This document shows, in pieces, positions 24,086 through 25,611 of a stretch of 25,611 nucleotides of DNA (the stretch's first letter is position 1; each line of letters opens with the position of its first letter). Under the pieces are notes generated by a model. It saw nothing but the letters and a program-made list of their open reading frames with translations, searched no databases and had not been told where the DNA came from. The DNA is from Nitrospirota bacterium (GTDB lineage: Bacteria > Nitrospirota > UBA9217): assembly GCA_963790205.1 (NCBI GenBank), contig CAWBNQ010000004.1:1-25611 (forward strand), written 5' to 3'. The position numbers and the translations under genes are program-made.

Positions 24086-25611
24086 ATGCGCTTATTCCAA
24101 TATCGAGGCAGATTTTTTCAAGGGGTCGCGCTTTTTTTCCGCGTGCTTCTGAGCTATAAGCTCCTTGGCCTCAGGAACGCCTTTGCCTCAGCCGCGGCCA
24201 AGCAAGATCGGCTCAAGCGGCTCCACGCAAAAAACGCTTACGTGCTGCGCGAGCGTATGATCGAGATGCGCGGCGTGCTCATCAAGATCGGCCAGTTCCT
24301 GTCCTCGCGCGTGGACATCCTCCCCGAGGAGTACACGAACGAACTCTCCAAGCTCCAGGACCAGGTGCCGCCGACGCCCTTTGCTGAAATAGCCCGGCGC
24401 GTTACCGAGGAGCTGGGGCCCATGGACGAGGTCTTTTCCTCCTTTGACGAAGTACCGATCGCGTCAGCCTCGCTCGGCCAGGTGCACAAGGCGTGCCTCA
24501 CGGACGGGGACTGTATCGTGGTCAAGGTCCAGTACCCCGGCATTGAAGAGGTGATCGCCGCAGACATCCGCACCCTTCGCTTCGTCATCAGCATACTACG
24601 CGTGCTGTACCGGCACATCAATCTCGACGTGATCTATTCCGAATTCTCGCGTATTGTTTACGAGGAGCTTGATTATCTGCAGGAAGGGAAGAACGCCGAG
24701 ACCTTTGCGCGGAATTTCGCCAAGAACCCCCGGATCAAGGTACCCATTGTCTACTGGCCGTTTACCACTTCCAAGGTGCTGACGCTCGAATACCTCGAAG
24801 GCATCAAGATCACGGACTTTGAAAAGATCGACGCGCGGGGGATCGACCGGAAAGAGGTGGCGCGCACCCTTGCCGGGGCCTATTGCCAAATGTTCTTTGT
24901 CGACGGTCTGTTTCACGGTGATCCGCACCCCGGCAATATCTTTGTGCGACCGGGGCCTGAAGTCATCCTCGTGGACTTCGGCATGGTTGACCGTCTCTCC
25001 GCTCCGAAAAAAGAAGGGCTCCGGAGCGCCTTTACCGCCATCATGGATCGTGACGCGCTGGGCCTGGTGCGCGCGCTCGTGGACATGGGGTTCATCCCGC
25101 TCACGAAGGACATCCAGCCGCTCGTACAGTTCACCGAGCGGATCCTTCAGAAATACCGCGACATCTCGCCCTCCGAGCTCAAGGCCATGAACATCGACGA
25201 GATCGGCAACGATATTATTGAGGCGCTCCAGTTGAGTCCCTCGATCCAGATCCCGAACGACTTCATCCTCTTCGGCAGGGTCGTGGGCATGCTGAACGGC
25301 CTCGGCTCGCAGCTCGACGCCGAGACCAACATCATTGAGATCGCAACGCCCTTTGCAAAACGCTTTATCAAGGCCGAAGAGTTTACGCGTTCCGGGCTCC
25401 TCAAGCAGACCGTGGCGACGGGGCGCGCGCTGGTGAAACTGCCGAAGCTCTTGGCGGACTTTTTGGTGACCACGGGCCGCGGCGAGACGCGGGTGGAGAT
25501 CACGTCGCGGGACATCGTGAATGAGCTCAGGAACATCTATCGCATCGGCAAGGGCTTCATTCTCGCCATCCTCATTGTGGGGCTTGGCATGGCAGCGCTC
25601 TTCCTTCGCAT
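24086..25611 (+). CDS. AarF/UbiB/ABC1 family atypical kinase, 3'-partial (not in ORF track because it runs off the window)
   Basis: Open frame from ATG 24086: IKIGQFLSSRVDILP..LQDQVPP, IASASLGQVHKA, VVKVQYPG, EELDYLQEG, VLTLEY, FHGDPHPGN and VDFGMV. Confidence 0.93.
   Translation, partial: MRLFQYRGRFFQGVALFFRVLLSYKLLGLRNAFASAAAKQDRLKRLHAKNAYVLRERMIEMRGVLIKIGQFLSSRVDILPEEYTNELSKLQDQVPPTPFAEIARRVTEELGPMDEVFSSFDEVPIASASLGQVHKACLTDGDCIVVKVQYPGIEEVIAADIRTLRFVISILRVLYRHINLDVIYSEFSRIVYEELDYLQEGKNAETFARNFAKNPRIKVPIVYWPFTTSKVLTLEYLEGIKITDFEKIDARGIDRKEVARTLAGAYCQMFFVDGLFHGDPHPGNIFVRPGPEVILVDFGMVDRLSAPKKEGLRSAFTAIMDRDALGLVRALVDMGFIPLTKDIQPLVQFTERILQKYRDISPSELKAMNIDEIGNDIIEALQLSPSIQIPNDFILFGRVVGMLNGLGSQLDAETNIIEIATPFAKRFIKAEEFTRSGLLKQTVATGRALVKLPKLLADFLVTTGRGETRVEITSRDIVNELRNIYRIGKGFILAILIVGLGMAALFLR

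Overview
Bacterial genomic DNA that appears to be a mosaic of three parts. (A) 1-~3715: a purQ-purM-purD purine cluster, recognisable by motifs but broken by many frameshifts. Every spacer carries short-period tandem repeats, and the block ends in an AT-rich membrane-protein gene. (B) ~3716-4140: a GC-rich internal fragment of a tyrosine recombinase, truncated at both ends and truncating the genes on both sides. (C) 4141-25611: mostly clean sequence, probably from an anaerobe (Nitrospirota/Desulfobacterota-like is my impression only). Part C encodes a CheY-like receiver, a PAS-PAS hybrid kinase, a CxxCH heme-c chemoreceptor, a PAS-GGDEF-EAL protein, a RACo-like corrinoid reactivator, an NlpC/P60 lipoprotein, two hypothetical proteins, a speD-speE-arginine decarboxylase polyamine cluster, two Lys-rich microproteins missing from the ORF track, HU, rlmA, a Cys/His hypothetical protein, a cold-shock protein, a NupC transporter and a partial AarF/ABC1 kinase. 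The best leads are non-coding or tiny: a structured speD leader (riboswitch candidate), a terminator-like CCACAAxG...CUUUGUGG hairpin shared by the leaders of csp and its neighbour, a pseudoknotted leader, the microproteins and several apparently leaderless genes. I found no rRNA, tRNA, CRISPR array or intact transposase. All RNA structures were folded by eye and no database searches were run.
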